Shown piece after piece: positions 38,201-50,470 of a stretch of DNA of 64,000 nucleotides. The stretch's first letter is position 1. Each line of letters begins with the position of its first letter. Source of the DNA: Sphagnum compactum (lineage: Eukaryota); NCBI GenBank assembly GCA_965153455.1, contig OZ234494.1, forward strand, positions 7,006,001 to 7,070,000, read 5' to 3'. The translations under genes were made by a program, and so were the position numbers. The notes under the pieces are model-generated. The model saw only the letters and a program-made list of their open reading frames with translations, did no database searches and had not been told where the DNA came from.

Positions 38201-41200
38201 GGTGGGAGCTTAATTGATCCAAAATATTTGTGATACTTGTTGGATTTCTCCTTTCAGACTGTGACTGCTCCTCATCAAGAACCACATTGCTTGGAAGAAA
38301 AAGGCTTTTACTCACATCCACCCTACCATTCAAACAAAATAGGTCCTCAGAGCAATAGACATTGATTCGAGCACAACTAACAAACCTTCAAGTCAGAATC
38401 CAAATGTAAAAGCTATGGGATTTGTCGCCCTGAGTAGATAAAGCAATCCTTCAGGAAGAAGGCTCATAGAAATCATACTTGAGTAATGTGTAACCAGGCA
38501 TGCGTGGCATCCCCAAAGACATGCGCACAAATTGTGCAAATGCATCTACAGGTATCTCATCTGCCCCTTCTGTTTCTTACACATCCAAACACCCAGTGCT
38601 CGATTGTTAATGCAGCAAAAGCTGCTTATCAGGCCATAACATGACATAGTCCAAGAAAACATCGACCAGTAGTTCTAAGAAACATTGTTGGAGCCACACT
38701 TGTTTGGCCAAGCCATGCTTCCCAACAAACAGACTGCATCTCTTCTTCATTGGGAATCTGATCAAACACAGAAATCTCCATTACTGATTGTAGAAGAGAA
38801 GACACTATGTGCAAGAAAACCATGAAACACTGATGTCGTGGAATTTTTACTGCAATACCTTCAGAGGAAATGGCCAGGCCCACCACACCCTTTGTGATAC
38901 AGTGGGTACCATAAAAGAGTGGACCAGCCTTCTCTTCAGCAAGTTTAGCATACTGGCTGCTATTTTGTGTGGTGGTGAACAAAGGTGCCATGAATACACC
39001 TGCTCTGCAACGTGAACATCATCCAACATAAGAAACATACCTGTTTCCATCTCCCAGATAAACATCCTGCTAGTATGTGAAATCACCTGAGTTTGAATTA
39101 ATGAATTACACTTCTACTCTACAAAACATATAAAGCCCAAGTGCAGCAACAAAAATCTTCCCTGAGAAACACCAAGAGAGGTAACTTGAATTGAAAGTTC
39201 AAGAATTACAACCTTAGCACACACATCTCTCCTTGGAACATTGACAGAAATCCTCTATTTGAAACAGCAAGAAGTCAGATCCCACCTGGTGCTCTCTGGG
39301 AAGACTGTTGAAAGCCTCTGATGGAACTCTGGAAAATCAAAACCTGCAAAGCTCAGAACCACAAATAAACTGATGAGACAAGAGCAACAATGAGAAGACT
39401 GTCAGAAAGCCTAAAATAGTATGATGAAGAACATATCTGCAGCAAACACCTATCTAAACTTGATGAAGTCAAACCAGGACACCTGGTGATTGAGGCAGAA
39501 CTACCAGGTGTGGTTTACATCCATTAAAGTAAGGTAGACATAATGAAAGAAACAAACCTGGAGAACCCAACATGAGGATGTGGGGGTTGTTGGTCATGAC
39601 TGCCCTTTCAAGGTTGGGCAGATGTGGGAGCCCTGATGTAGGAGAAACAAAACCAGCTGCCTGTGACCCTGGCATATGGCCCATGCAAAGCACCATAACA
39701 TACTTGTCATCCTCATTTTCTGAATCGGAATCTGTATCTTCTTTGTGTGCACCAGTCCCAGGTGTTTCAAGGGCATCCTCTAGAGGGATGACGACCTCCC
39801 CATCCTTACTGGGGCCAAGACTCTCTTCTCCGACAACTGCACATCAGCAACCCTGTCACAGAAATCATCACTTGGGCTGCACTATCAGCAATGTTCAAAA
39901 GAAGGGACAAAATCTTGGAAACACAGTGCCTGTATCTCACTGCATGCAACACCATGAAGACTGAGGTGCAGACATGTGATAGATTATATGACAGAAAGAG
40001 CACAATAGAAATAATTTCAATCAGCTGCTAACTCAACAAACACTTGCCTATAGAAGTGCCTAATTTTGGATCCCAATTCTGGTTTGAAGTTTGCTGGTTG
40101 AGTGTGCCCTGTGACATGGTATTGACTGCATGCAATAACACAGGTTCAGGCAAGTCATTCAGAAAACCAAGCAAGCTTGTTGTCTCTCCCGCCATCTTAG
40201 GGTTGTCTGCTTCAAAGGCAAGTAAATCCCTGTTCTCTTCAACCTCTTCCCTTATGGGAGCTTCAGAAGCACAAATGTCTTTCCCTTTCAACTTTGCATA
40301 ATCTTCACAGAGTTCCTCCCAGTCCGTGAGTGTCCCCTCATCCTCATCACTCACTATGTCCCCTATTCCACCTGCCACCCTCCTCTCTGCCTGCCCCTTC
40401 TCAGATCCATCTTGCTCTACTTCATGGACTAAAATCCCACATTCATTCACCAAACATTCTCTAGTGGATATGTCACGTCCTTCATCCTTATTCCCAAACA
40501 TCTCCAATGGATTCAATCCTTCTTCGTTCATGCCATTACCTTTACCTGTAGCAAGAGGTGGAGTACCCCTCACCCCATCCAAACCATCAGCTGAGGAGTT
40601 TGCCTGTAGTCGTGCACCTCCATTTTGCCCACAATTGTTTCCTCCTGTACCCGAGGGTCTGTCCCCTGTGAAGTTCGAGCTAGCTCTGCAACCGGCATTC
40701 TCTGTTCTCTCCCCTTGCCCTGACCCTAGTGGTTGCATATCATCACCGTACTCAAGCCCTAGATTCTCCACAACACACCCTATCAAGGGCACGATCTCCG
40801 CCTTCTCCTCCCCTACGTCTAACGCAAAGCTCGAGCTCTCGACGGATGCATTCCAGGAGCTAGAGCTTGAGGAAGGAGAGGAATTAGGGCTTGGCGGAGA
40901 AAGGGATTGAGGAACGGAGAGAGCTTGGGGGATTTCTTGAGATCGAACCTCCGCTGAACTGGAAAAGTGGGACGCAAGCTCCTGGACTGCAAGAATCGCT
41001 GCTTGCGTGGGTTTCGAGATAAAAACAACTGCCAGTGTGGGGGGCGAACGAGGGCCGAGGAGGGACCGACCGTGAGCCCACGCAGCTAGAGGCGATTCTC
41101 CCTCCTGCATCCCACGCAGCACCAAGGTAGCGAACCTGAATAATCTTCCGTCTTTAGCATTGTGCTCCGCGATGAAGCATTGCTCAAATCTCGGCGAGTT

Positions 41201-41302
41201 TCCAGTACTGCTGTGGCGCATCCGAGGCGCAAAACTGCACGATGGTACACGGCATGCTATCAACTTGGCCCACCGCCGCGTCTGCACCGCCCTGAGCATC
41301 AT
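35287..41302 (-). CDS. ~1015-aa protein: organellar-targeting-like N-terminus + split FIST-N-like domain + C-terminal Lon protease N-terminal (LON_substr_bdg/PUA-like) domain
   Basis: 14 in-phase exons: 40048-41302, 39558-39836, 39286-39343, 38859-39004, 38667-38783, 38479-38569, 37761-38322, 37406-37513, 36937-37022, 36497-36539, 36192-36296, 35831-35914, 35400-35474, 35287-35325 (junctions in 38300-38900 are less certain). Lon-N motifs: MPLALFDAVLFPGWSLPFHIYEPCYRFMVRQCLEQGKPFG, IGTVA, RSFIIAHGIQRFRLL, GEVEYFDD, SFTIGHLL, KRRWLKMVNTKQRL. FIST-like motifs: PTLAVVFIS, VPLIGC, MVLCMGHMPG, ILMLGSPGFDF..F.QRLS.VFPESTRAG, LFYG....KGVVGLAIS. Confidence 0.85.
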
Positions 41303-41916
41303 TCTCGGACCAAATCCAAGCACACAAAGCAGCTTGCCCAGGCACTCTTCGAGTATTTATGTCATAGAGTCGTCAAATTCTTGCTTGCAGAACCACAAGC
41401 CGCTTGTTGTCCCCGATTGCAATTGGCTCTATAACGCTGTCTGCAGCAAGAGCAGATGTTGCAGTTGCTGCAGATTTTGACCAAATTGCGAGGATTTCCC
41501 GATCGCACACGAGAGAGAAGGAGTGCGCACATGCGCTTGAATTCGTCCGCTCGGCCGCGAAAACGGTCTGACAACCGATCATCCGCTCCGTCCACAGGTC
41601 GAAGTGAGAGCAGACTTGCATATCCAACCACTCACCAGCGCAGTATCCCAGGGGCTTCACAACCCAACCAAAAAAATTAATTAAAAACACCCCATTCCTC
41701 CACCCTCTTGTTAGGGGCTCCACAACCCCAAATAAAAATATTGTAAAAAACTTATGTGATTAAATGAACTAAATTCCCGTAAATTATAAGAAAATGGTGT
41801 GGCCCATACTTTCATAGTAGTTTGCATTTTTCAAAATGGCACAATCATCTCCTAACTCTTCATCTTCTTCTTCAAAAAAGGTTTCATACATTCTTCTTCA
41901 TTCTCCTAAGCGTTCA

Positions 41917-42168
41917 TGTTAAGATATATTGCTTGTAATGTCGGCTAGTGCAATTGTCATGGCCCATCCCAATCTAACAACACAAAATAAAAGAGGTGTT
42001 AAGATATATTGCTTGTAATGTCGGCTAGTGCAATTGTCATAGCCCATCCCAATCTAACAACACAAAATAAACACAAAATAAAAGAGATGTTAAGATATAT
42101 TGCTTGTAATGTCGGCTAGTGCAATTGTCGTAGCCCATCCCAATCTAACAACACAAAATAAAAGAGAT
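41917..42168. repeat. ~80-bp unit x3 tandem repeat
   Basis: tgttaagatatattgcttgtaatgtcggctagtgcaattgtcat...aatctaacaacacaaaataaaagag at 41917, 41997 and 42088; copy 2 has an extra 11 bp. Confidence 0.9.
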
Positions 42169-42299
42169 GTGAGACCTGTAGCATGGTCAAATAATGCATT
42201 GTCCACCTTATTAAATTTGTATGAGGAAAAATATTTGGTTTTTGGTTGTGGGTTTTCTTAAACAAAGGATTGAAAAGAAATTCGAAGAAAACTTGTGGC

Positions 42300-42915
42300 A
42301 CATATCCCTATTAAAAGTGCTCGGACTACAATTCAATGTCGTGACAAGTGGGACAAGATGAAACGAAAAAATTCAAAAGAAAGCAACGGAAGGTGGTACA
42401 GGTGCAAAAACCGTTTCATGGGTTTAGTTTGACAAGATGAATCAAATTCTTGAAGGCACAACTAAAGCAGATGGCACACCAAGTGATCTTGATTAAAGGC
42501 ATGCGCATGTGAGATCTTTTCAAACACCAACCATAGAAGAAGATTTACTAAACAATGGAGTTCCAACTCGTTGGGAGTGCAATTCCACAATCTCCTCCTT
42601 TCACGGTCCCTATGTTTGGTACTCAAGCTCCTACATCTCAAACTCCTTGCACATGTGTAGCTAATTTTGTAAGTGTTTCTAGTAAAGTCATGGGAAGGAA
42701 GAAATGTAGATCGAATGGTGATATGGCAACTACTTGGAAGAAATTTGCTAATGCTTCTGAGAAGATTGAAAATTTAAAGTTAGAGTTGCAAAGAGAGGCA
42801 ATTGAGATTACAAAATCCATTGCTCACTCAATGATTGCAATGGAAGAAAGATCAAAGCAAGAAAGTAGATAACAAATTTTGTAGTTGGCACAAATTTTTG
42901 TTGCAAACTAGAGTT
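42300..42915 (+). pseudogene. Harbinger Myb/SANT (trihelix) DNA-binding protein remnant
   Basis: ARTTIQCRDKWDKMKRK, then after a frameshift SWV*FDKMNQILEG, and a coiled-coil-like tail (FANASEKIENLKLELQRE). Confidence 0.8.
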
Positions 42916-43079
42916 AAATGCCCACTTAATGTTCTATAACATTCAGGTTTTTTTTCGTTTATGTGTTTTATGAATTAAACATTCATATAATAATGTATAG
43001 ACATGCACTGTAATGCAAAAAAACATGTTTGTTATTTTATATGTTTTTCACATGGGTTTCTGCCTAATGAAATCAAGGT

Positions 43080-44120
43080 TTATTCCCTAGGATTACGAAG
43101 AATCCCATGATGTAAACAATGGATCTCCAATCTCTTCATCGGTTGTCTTGGCACCTTCACCTTCTTGCGACATTGATATGCACATATTGGCAAAACCCAC
43201 CATTGGCTCTCCTTGTGTTCAAATGTCACAAACCATTGGTTTTGGCATTTGTTGGCAAAAATTGTGCAAAGTGTGACATGCCAAAGCAATCATTAGAGCT
43301 CAATCAACTTAAGCATTGAAAATTTTCAAAATCCTCCATCGGTTCTACAAAGTCCCAAATGCATTTTCAATTACAACACAACCTTCATTCATGGTTCAAT
43401 TAAATTGAATTTGGTCAACCATATTAAAATTTTGAAGTTTAAAACCTTTGAAAATGTATTATTGAATGGGATATGCAGCATCACCAAAAAGGTAAGTTTC
43501 GATTTGCACACCTCCAATGTTAACGAGTTCTTACAAAATTTGTTATGTCTGAAGTGCACGATATAAATTTAACATTTTGAACTATCTTCCATCTACAACT
43601 CCTCCTGACTAACCAACACAAACATTTCAAAAACTATGATCACAATCATTAACTGCTTGCACCACTACATTATGAAAGTGCTTCTTGTTGTAAAAATCTG
43701 CAATTAAAGACATAACTTGTTTATTTGGTTTTGCACTTAGTCATATGTGGGCACAATCAATGACACCACAAATTTGTGGCAAACCTATGATGTCACCAAA
43801 CCGCTCAAAGAGGTTATGTAACCAATCTCCTATAGGAGTATGAACATGAAAATAACTTGTGAACGTTAAATAAAACATCACACACTATGTAGGTGTATTA
43901 CCTAATTGTAGATGCCCTCACACTATATAATGCACACATCTTCATAGGAGATAATCCATGTGCTAATTGATACAAAACCATTATCACAATCTTCCTAGAA
44001 CGTATAGATGTTTTCACAAATTAAGTTGAAGTTGGATTGATGTATGGAATTAATTCTTGCAATAGGTATTTAAAGGCCAAAATATGTCATCCTATAGGAT
44101 TGTGAATATTTCTTATCAAG
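43080..44120 (-). pseudogene. Harbinger/HARBI1-like DDE transposase remnant
   Basis: GLPQICGVIDCAHI*, DFYNKKHFHNVVVQAVNDCDHSF*NVCVG*SGGVVDGR*F, YLFGDAAYP; multiple stops. Confidence 0.88.
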
Positions 44121-45058
44121 CATTTCAGGTGTACAATATCACACATCACCCTTAACATCACATTTTTTCTTAACTTTGTTTCTCCAAGAAAGTAAAATAA
44201 AGAATGGCATGGAATGTTGCAACAAAGATTGCCCTATATCCAATAGGATAGGGAAGACTTGTTTCAGGAGAATGGTGTCATTTTCGGCCATTGTGTTAGA
44301 GCAATTCAATCTTGACAAAAAAATTATATGTATAAGTTTTGAACTCAAAATACAAAGGACATAACTTTTTGAGTTTCAAACCCTAATCCATTTGTCAAAG
44401 GGTAGGAGTGAAATAGTAAACAATAAGGTTTTGATTTTTGGTATTGTGAAAGCCATTTTTTTTTTTTCTAACATAAGATGAGAAATGATTTTCAAATGAT
44501 GCTATTTTTGTGAAATGTGAACAAAATCATGTGATTTGACTGAAATGAATCATTAGCCCAAAATAAACATAACAAATGTGAACACAAATTAAAAACATGA
44601 CAAGCATATGACCGCAAATTACAGAGGAAAGAAAAAAACAAAAAAATAAAGCAATCATCTTGTTGTTATTGAAACAAGCCATTAGCCAAAAAAAACACAT
44701 TTCTACTTGTAATTTTGACAAACTTGTCGTGTTGTTGCTTATATGACATTGATTCCAAAATTATCAATGAAAATAGCTAGACACAGCCCCAAACCCAAAA
44801 CTAAGAAAGCGACAGTCATCAATAGGTTACAATATGATGGCGATCATGATGAGGTATACAATGGGGGTTTGTAGGGTCACTTTTCATTGGAAGTAACAAG
44901 GGGAAAGTATAATGTTTTTGCAATTTTGCAATGAAATATCTTGTGCATTTGCAATCCTTCCAAAAGAATTTCCACCTACTGATTGATGAGCAACCATCCA
45001 TCTTCCACAGGAATTGCAATTCACCTGGAGGTTCCGACCATACATTCCTACATATACA

Positions 45059-47208
45059 TCACTTCTTCAAAGAGTGTCCTATTCTTGGAGGCTGGTGAGG
45101 AAGAATTGGTTTTGCTACTGGCCTTGCTGAGGCTACCACTGGTTTCCTCCGCATTGCAGCATGCATTTTTGCTTCATTACTGCATGAGATAGGCAATTGG
45201 TCAGACAAGGGACACAGGTTTTAAGAACTGGCAGCAACAATTTTATATGCAGACTATATATATCCAAGGTTTACATTAGAACTAGACATGCACATTAGAA
45301 AATTACCTGTTTACATACTCCATCCTTGCCTTCTTCATTAACCGGCCCTTACAGTTTGCAAACCGACCCATAGGGGCACTACCTGTCCTCACATAAAACA
45401 GAAGACATCACTTCATCTTATTCCGGAGGGAGACACAAGTTCTGGAGAAATTGTTTTGGGCAGGCAACTGCAAGGCCATCTAAAGCCCAGAACTGACCTA
45501 AAATGCTATAAACCTCAAGCTACCATTGCAAACATATCAAACAGGGTTTGCATCAATAATTTGCACCCACACAAGGTTGATCAGAGATACCTCGGCCACT
45601 TCCAGGACCACATTTACTTCGCTTGCTGTCTGGTGGAGTAATCTCACATGACTGTGTTTGCCGAGTTGCTTTCACTGCAGTTACAAGGACAATATTCTTC
45701 AATTTGCTCACAATCAACAAGTTCCCCAACAAAGCACAAAAAACTTCTGGAAAGCAACCTGGAAAAACTCAGTTGCCATGAACAACCCAAACAGAGAAAC
45801 TGTTGATCAGAACAAGCACAAGGTATCTCACAGGATTTTGCCTCCTTGTAGAGCTCCTTCAAGCGGTCTACACCTCTTCTCTGGATTTCTTCTTGCTCTT
45901 TGATCTTAGCCTGCAGACCAGCAGTTGATCGATACAAATTACATACTTAGTATAAACAAGATCAAACTACTGCCAATTCTACACAACATAAAGAAGGAAA
46001 CCAAACCCTAACTTTGGGCCACTTAGGGAACCAAACCCTAACTTATTCCTAATGCATTCTGAGACTTAGGGCCACTTAAGGTCCAGGGTCCAATGAAATA
46101 GAGCAACCCTATTGGCTGAGAACCATAGGTTGGACCCATAGCCTCAAGATGAGGTTCCAAGACCCACAAGTGGCAAATTGAGGCTAAACCTACATGGCAC
46201 CATTTTGGAGGGAAAATCAATTGGTATGGACCAAGAAATAGAGCTCAAAGGAGAGCTCATGATTCAGAAACCAAGACAGAAGCTAGAGTCCAAGGCGGAG
46301 TCCAACTCACACATTCAATTTGATTCAAATGAGACCAAACTGGTTCCTAAGAATCTTGACCTGGACCCCCATCTAAAGTGGGCCTTAGGGGACACCAAAA
46401 CCAAAAAAGAACCCTGAAGGAGTACCCTCAGGGCACCACTCCCTTTAGGATGTCCTTCGAGCAAAAAGGGCGTCCCTTCAGTTCTCTTGAGTTTGCTCCC
46501 TTAGGTTTTTCAGCCTCAGCAAACTTCAGGCCTGAAAACACTAAGGGAGCAAACTCAAGAGTACTGGAAAAAGCCCTAAAACCTCGGACTGCATGATTCC
46601 CACACCTGAGATTGTTCATCAAGATACAAATCTGCCCATTACCCCAAGAGGCAAGCCACCTTTAAACCTGGTACAGCTGCTTCCATTTGAACTTGCACTT
46701 CCGATCCGCCATGCGCCGCTTCACCATCTCCACAGCATCATTTCCGAACTTGCGGGAGTAACACTTGAGCCAGAGCTCATCGGTGATAGGACTCAAATCC
46801 CTTCCCTGCACATATCAACAGTAGGGTTATGTTGTTCAGTAGACGACATATGTATGTGAACACGAGTGACCTAGATCCCAAGCCGCATGTAAAGCTTATG
46901 AAATCGCGCTACAGCACACAACCACAAAATCTGGAGCCCCATGGCTTCGCTTCCGAAGAGCATACGTATGCTCCCATACCACAAAAAGAACAAGCACACC
47001 GCACCTGGCCACAACTAGTCCGGAAAGAGAGAGAGAGAGAGAGAGAGAGTCGAACCTCTGTGCTCGACTCGATATGGAGGAGTTGATCGGCATCACAGTG
47101 CGGAAGAATCACCTCCAACAAACTCATGTCTGTGTGTCCCACATCTCCTAGATGCGACAGATTATCTATTGCACTCCGCACACAAAGCTCCACCAAAGAC
47201 AACACCAT
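45059..47208 (-). CDS. Elongin A-like protein (RNA polymerase II transcription factor SIII subunit A family), 216 aa
   Basis: GT-AG exons 47056-47208 (MVLSLVELCVRSAIDNLSHLGDVG...LPHCDADQLLHIESSTE; BC-box-like SLVELC), 46668-46805 (GRDLSPITDELWLKCY..KFG...KFKWKQLYQ), 45832-45910, 45591-45674, 45307-45382 (GRLMKKARMEY), 45059-45179. Total 651 nt, in frame. Confidence 0.93.
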
Positions 47209-49719
47209 GGTTACCCACTTGTTTTCAATCCACAAACCAAGAATCCCAAAAATTAGCACCACAACACCACCACCTCCTCTCCTCCTCCTCCTCGCCCTCA
47301 AACAATCAAACACCTATTTGCTACTACAAACCCTCTCAACTTCCTGCATTTTCGAGCAAATCCTGCACTAAAGAGGTCTCTGAAACAATGATTACAGTCT
47401 CCATCTCTCAGACACACCAGAAACATGATCTGCAGACGGTTAGGAGGAGGAAATGGCGGAGAGAGGCAAGAGGGAAAAGGGAAGCTCGATTTTTGCTTCT
47501 GCACACTCTACGTCGTCTTAACTTATACTGTCGACTCCACGGTTTGAATTTAACTCTGGTTAATAACTCAGGTGCTGATCTCTGTTACTGCGGTTAGAAC
47601 TCCGGTGGCACAGCTGTTTGACAGAACACACGTCCTAAGATTCAGGTCCTGATACGAAGAGAGACCTCAAAAACACTTTGAGAACCTCAAATCCAGGAGT
47701 CGTCGTGTTGGAGGATGAACACATGTATCCAAGACCTTTATTTATTTTATTTTATTATAGAGTACTAGTGGGTACCCGTTAATTGTTTCAACCAATTAAT
47801 AACTCTTGTTGTTGTTCTGTCTGTGTACTATATAAGCAGTGTTGGGCGGGTATTTGATATGTTGAATAACCTCCACGTCTGGGTATTTGTAAAATGAGAA
47901 TTAAAAGAATTAAAACTCGGAGTCAAAGAATCACAAGTTCCGGGTATTTGAAAAAAAATTCAGAGTCAAAGAATTGCTGCTGGTTCTGGTTATTTCAAAA
48001 AAACCTCACAGAACTATCGGGTTTCACGAAAACTCGAAAAAGAGGAGCCAGGCAAGGTTTTGGGCGGTTATTTTACTTTTACAATTTGCGATCTGTGTTT
48101 TAGGACCTCGACAGACGGACAGACGAGATCTGGGTTTTTGTCTCCTCGAATTGGTACTTCGAAATTGACTCCTCAAATTGACACCTCGACAGACACACAG
48201 ACAGACTTAGTGAATTAATATATATGATAGTAGCTTAAGGAATTTTAATAATAATAGGTCTATTTTTATGTGAGGATTTTTGAAATATGATATTTTGGCT
48301 TGTGTTGAAACTTGAGATTAGTTATAATAGAGTTATAATACCTTGAAGGATTTTGGATTCTTTTAGAGGATTTTTTTGAAGATTATATTTTTGCATAGTG
48401 AACTAATTGAGTTTCCATAATTCTCCTTTTGCCTTAAGATAAATTTTAATGTAAATTGGCAAAAAAAATTGAGTTTTGAATTTAAAAATAGGTTATTAGT
48501 AACAACATTATAGATAAACTTAGGTGTTTTTTCAACACTAATAGATACCTTATATCCATCAAAATATCCCTCCTAGGAAAGAGCAGGGATATTATGCCTA
48601 CTTATAGGTCTAAAGTCCTTCCCACCCACAAGGAGTAGGTGTAGGACCTTTTTTCCCTTCATATGCCTAGTGATCTAGGTCTGTTTAGGTTCATGATACC
48701 TTAATAAAGCCCATGGGTGGGACATAACCCAAAATGTGGGGCTAAACTTGGTTACCACCTCGTCCTACTTTGAGAATGCCCTGATTGTGAGGCTTTTTAC
48801 CTTATGATTTTATTTTTTCCAAATTACAATTTATTCACAATTGTTTGGTTGCCATAGCTTTTTGAGTGTTAAGGTAAAGCCCTGAGGGTTTGGGACTTTT
48901 GCCTAAATAAAGGGCCTAGGCCAATGCCATAGCTAAGTCTAGACTCACATTTTGTAAATGTCCCTTGCCCCTAGGCTTTACCCATAGTCAAGCAAGCATT
49001 ATGAGGTGAACATTCTCATGAACCTAAACATTTGTAGATCACAAGTTGTAGGAGCAGCTCTTACACATACTTCTTATAAGTGTGAAGGACCTTATGCTAT
49101 TATATATGTGCTATGCCTACATGTTTGAAGGGTAGGATTCTTCACATATTCTTAAGGGATGGGTGTAAGGACATTAATTTTTTGGAGAGATATTCATGAA
49201 CTTAAGGTAAGCATGTCCATGGTTTCAAAAATGGGTCATAAATTTTTGAAACCATTGTTTCCCAAAACTCAGTTAGGTTTACGACTTCAAATGATTCATC
49301 AATGCATAATAGTGGCAATTCAATATGAGGTATAATCACACATTTGCCTTTCAACCCTAAACATGAAATGTTCCACATCTAGCATTCCGTGATATTTGTG
49401 GTTTATGTCAAAATGGGACATTATTGTTCCAAAATCCATCAAACCCAACTTGCTCAATAGGGTTTATGTCTTTAATTTCACCCGCATTCAAAGTGGTTGT
49501 CAAATCGTCCAATTTAGTTTCCGGCACAATAAAGTCTTCATTGCAAATTGGGTTTATATGAGAATTACTTGGAAAAGGGGTTTATGCATGACATTTTACC
49601 AACACCCCTTGTTGAAAAAAGATTAGAGTGATTTCAATCCCTAGCTATAATATCCCCAAAAAACTTCTTGGAAGTACCACATTTCCAAAAATATTTTATG
49701 ATAGACTTTTACATTGTGG

Positions 49720-50470
49720 ATCTACAAAAAATTTGGGAAAATTTAGCATATTAATTTAACAATATTCGAAACTACTACAAAAATTTAATTGCAATTTTGG
49801 AAAATATTAGCCAAAACTTCGAAAATTTCACCAAACTCTCAAAACCAAAAATTGGATATTTTATATAATTCTACTAATTTTTTTGAAGACCTTGACATAG
49901 AATTGGAAAAATTCAACAAATACTTGAAACCAAAAATGTGAAGAAAATTGGGATTTTTTTTTTAAAATCAAAATTCAGGAGAAAAACCTGACATAAAACT
50001 GGACAAACTCTCCAAAATTTATTTTTAAAAAAAGATATTTGGCACATTAACCAAAATCTTGAAAATCCAAACTTGGGTACAATACAAGAATTCCATCTTT
50101 CATTACAAATTCAGAAAAAAATGAAAAAACAGGAAAAATACACCAAACTCTTGAAACATGAAAATTGGGAAATATGGGAAACAATTTTTTTTATTGAAAT
50201 TTGGGTAAAAGGTGACAAAAATTTTGGAAAATTTCACCAAATTTTCAAATTACAAAATTGGAAAGAGTCAGGTAGTTCAGGGGAAATAATGACAAAAGAT
50301 TGTAAAAATGCCAAAATTTTAATTTTATTTCTCAGATTTCACCAAAAAATTGACAAAAAAATTGGAAATTTTCACCAAATTTTCAAAAACTAGAAAATTG
50401 GCAAAATTGAATGGTTTCTTTTTTACTACAAATTCACAAACATTTGACAAATAATTGGAAAATGTCTTCA
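49720..50470. repeat. Degenerate A-rich tandem-like repeat (aaatttcaccaaactctcaaaac...aaattgg)
   Basis: Recurring caccaaa/ttgaaa/aaattgg modules. Confidence 0.5.

Larger units (their letters stand above)
41713..44880. mobile_element. Decayed PIF/Harbinger transposon carrying convergent Myb/trihelix and DDE transposase remnants
   Basis: Two-gene layout typical of Harbinger. Candidate degenerate TIRs tta-ggggctccacaacccc (41711) and ggggtttgtagggtcac (~44863); the ends are uncertain. Confidence 0.8.

Noticed and set aside
38386-38429. Candidate extra exon (ctcag|...AAG|gtttgt) in the FIST-Lon gene
   Set aside because: Contains stops in all three frames; the 38479 to 38322 splice keeps the frame without it.
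25423-47208. MINIYO and Elongin A as a Pol II elongation gene cluster
   Set aside because: Two genes ~15 kb apart with an unrelated gene and TEs between them. Without synteny evidence this is compatible with chance.
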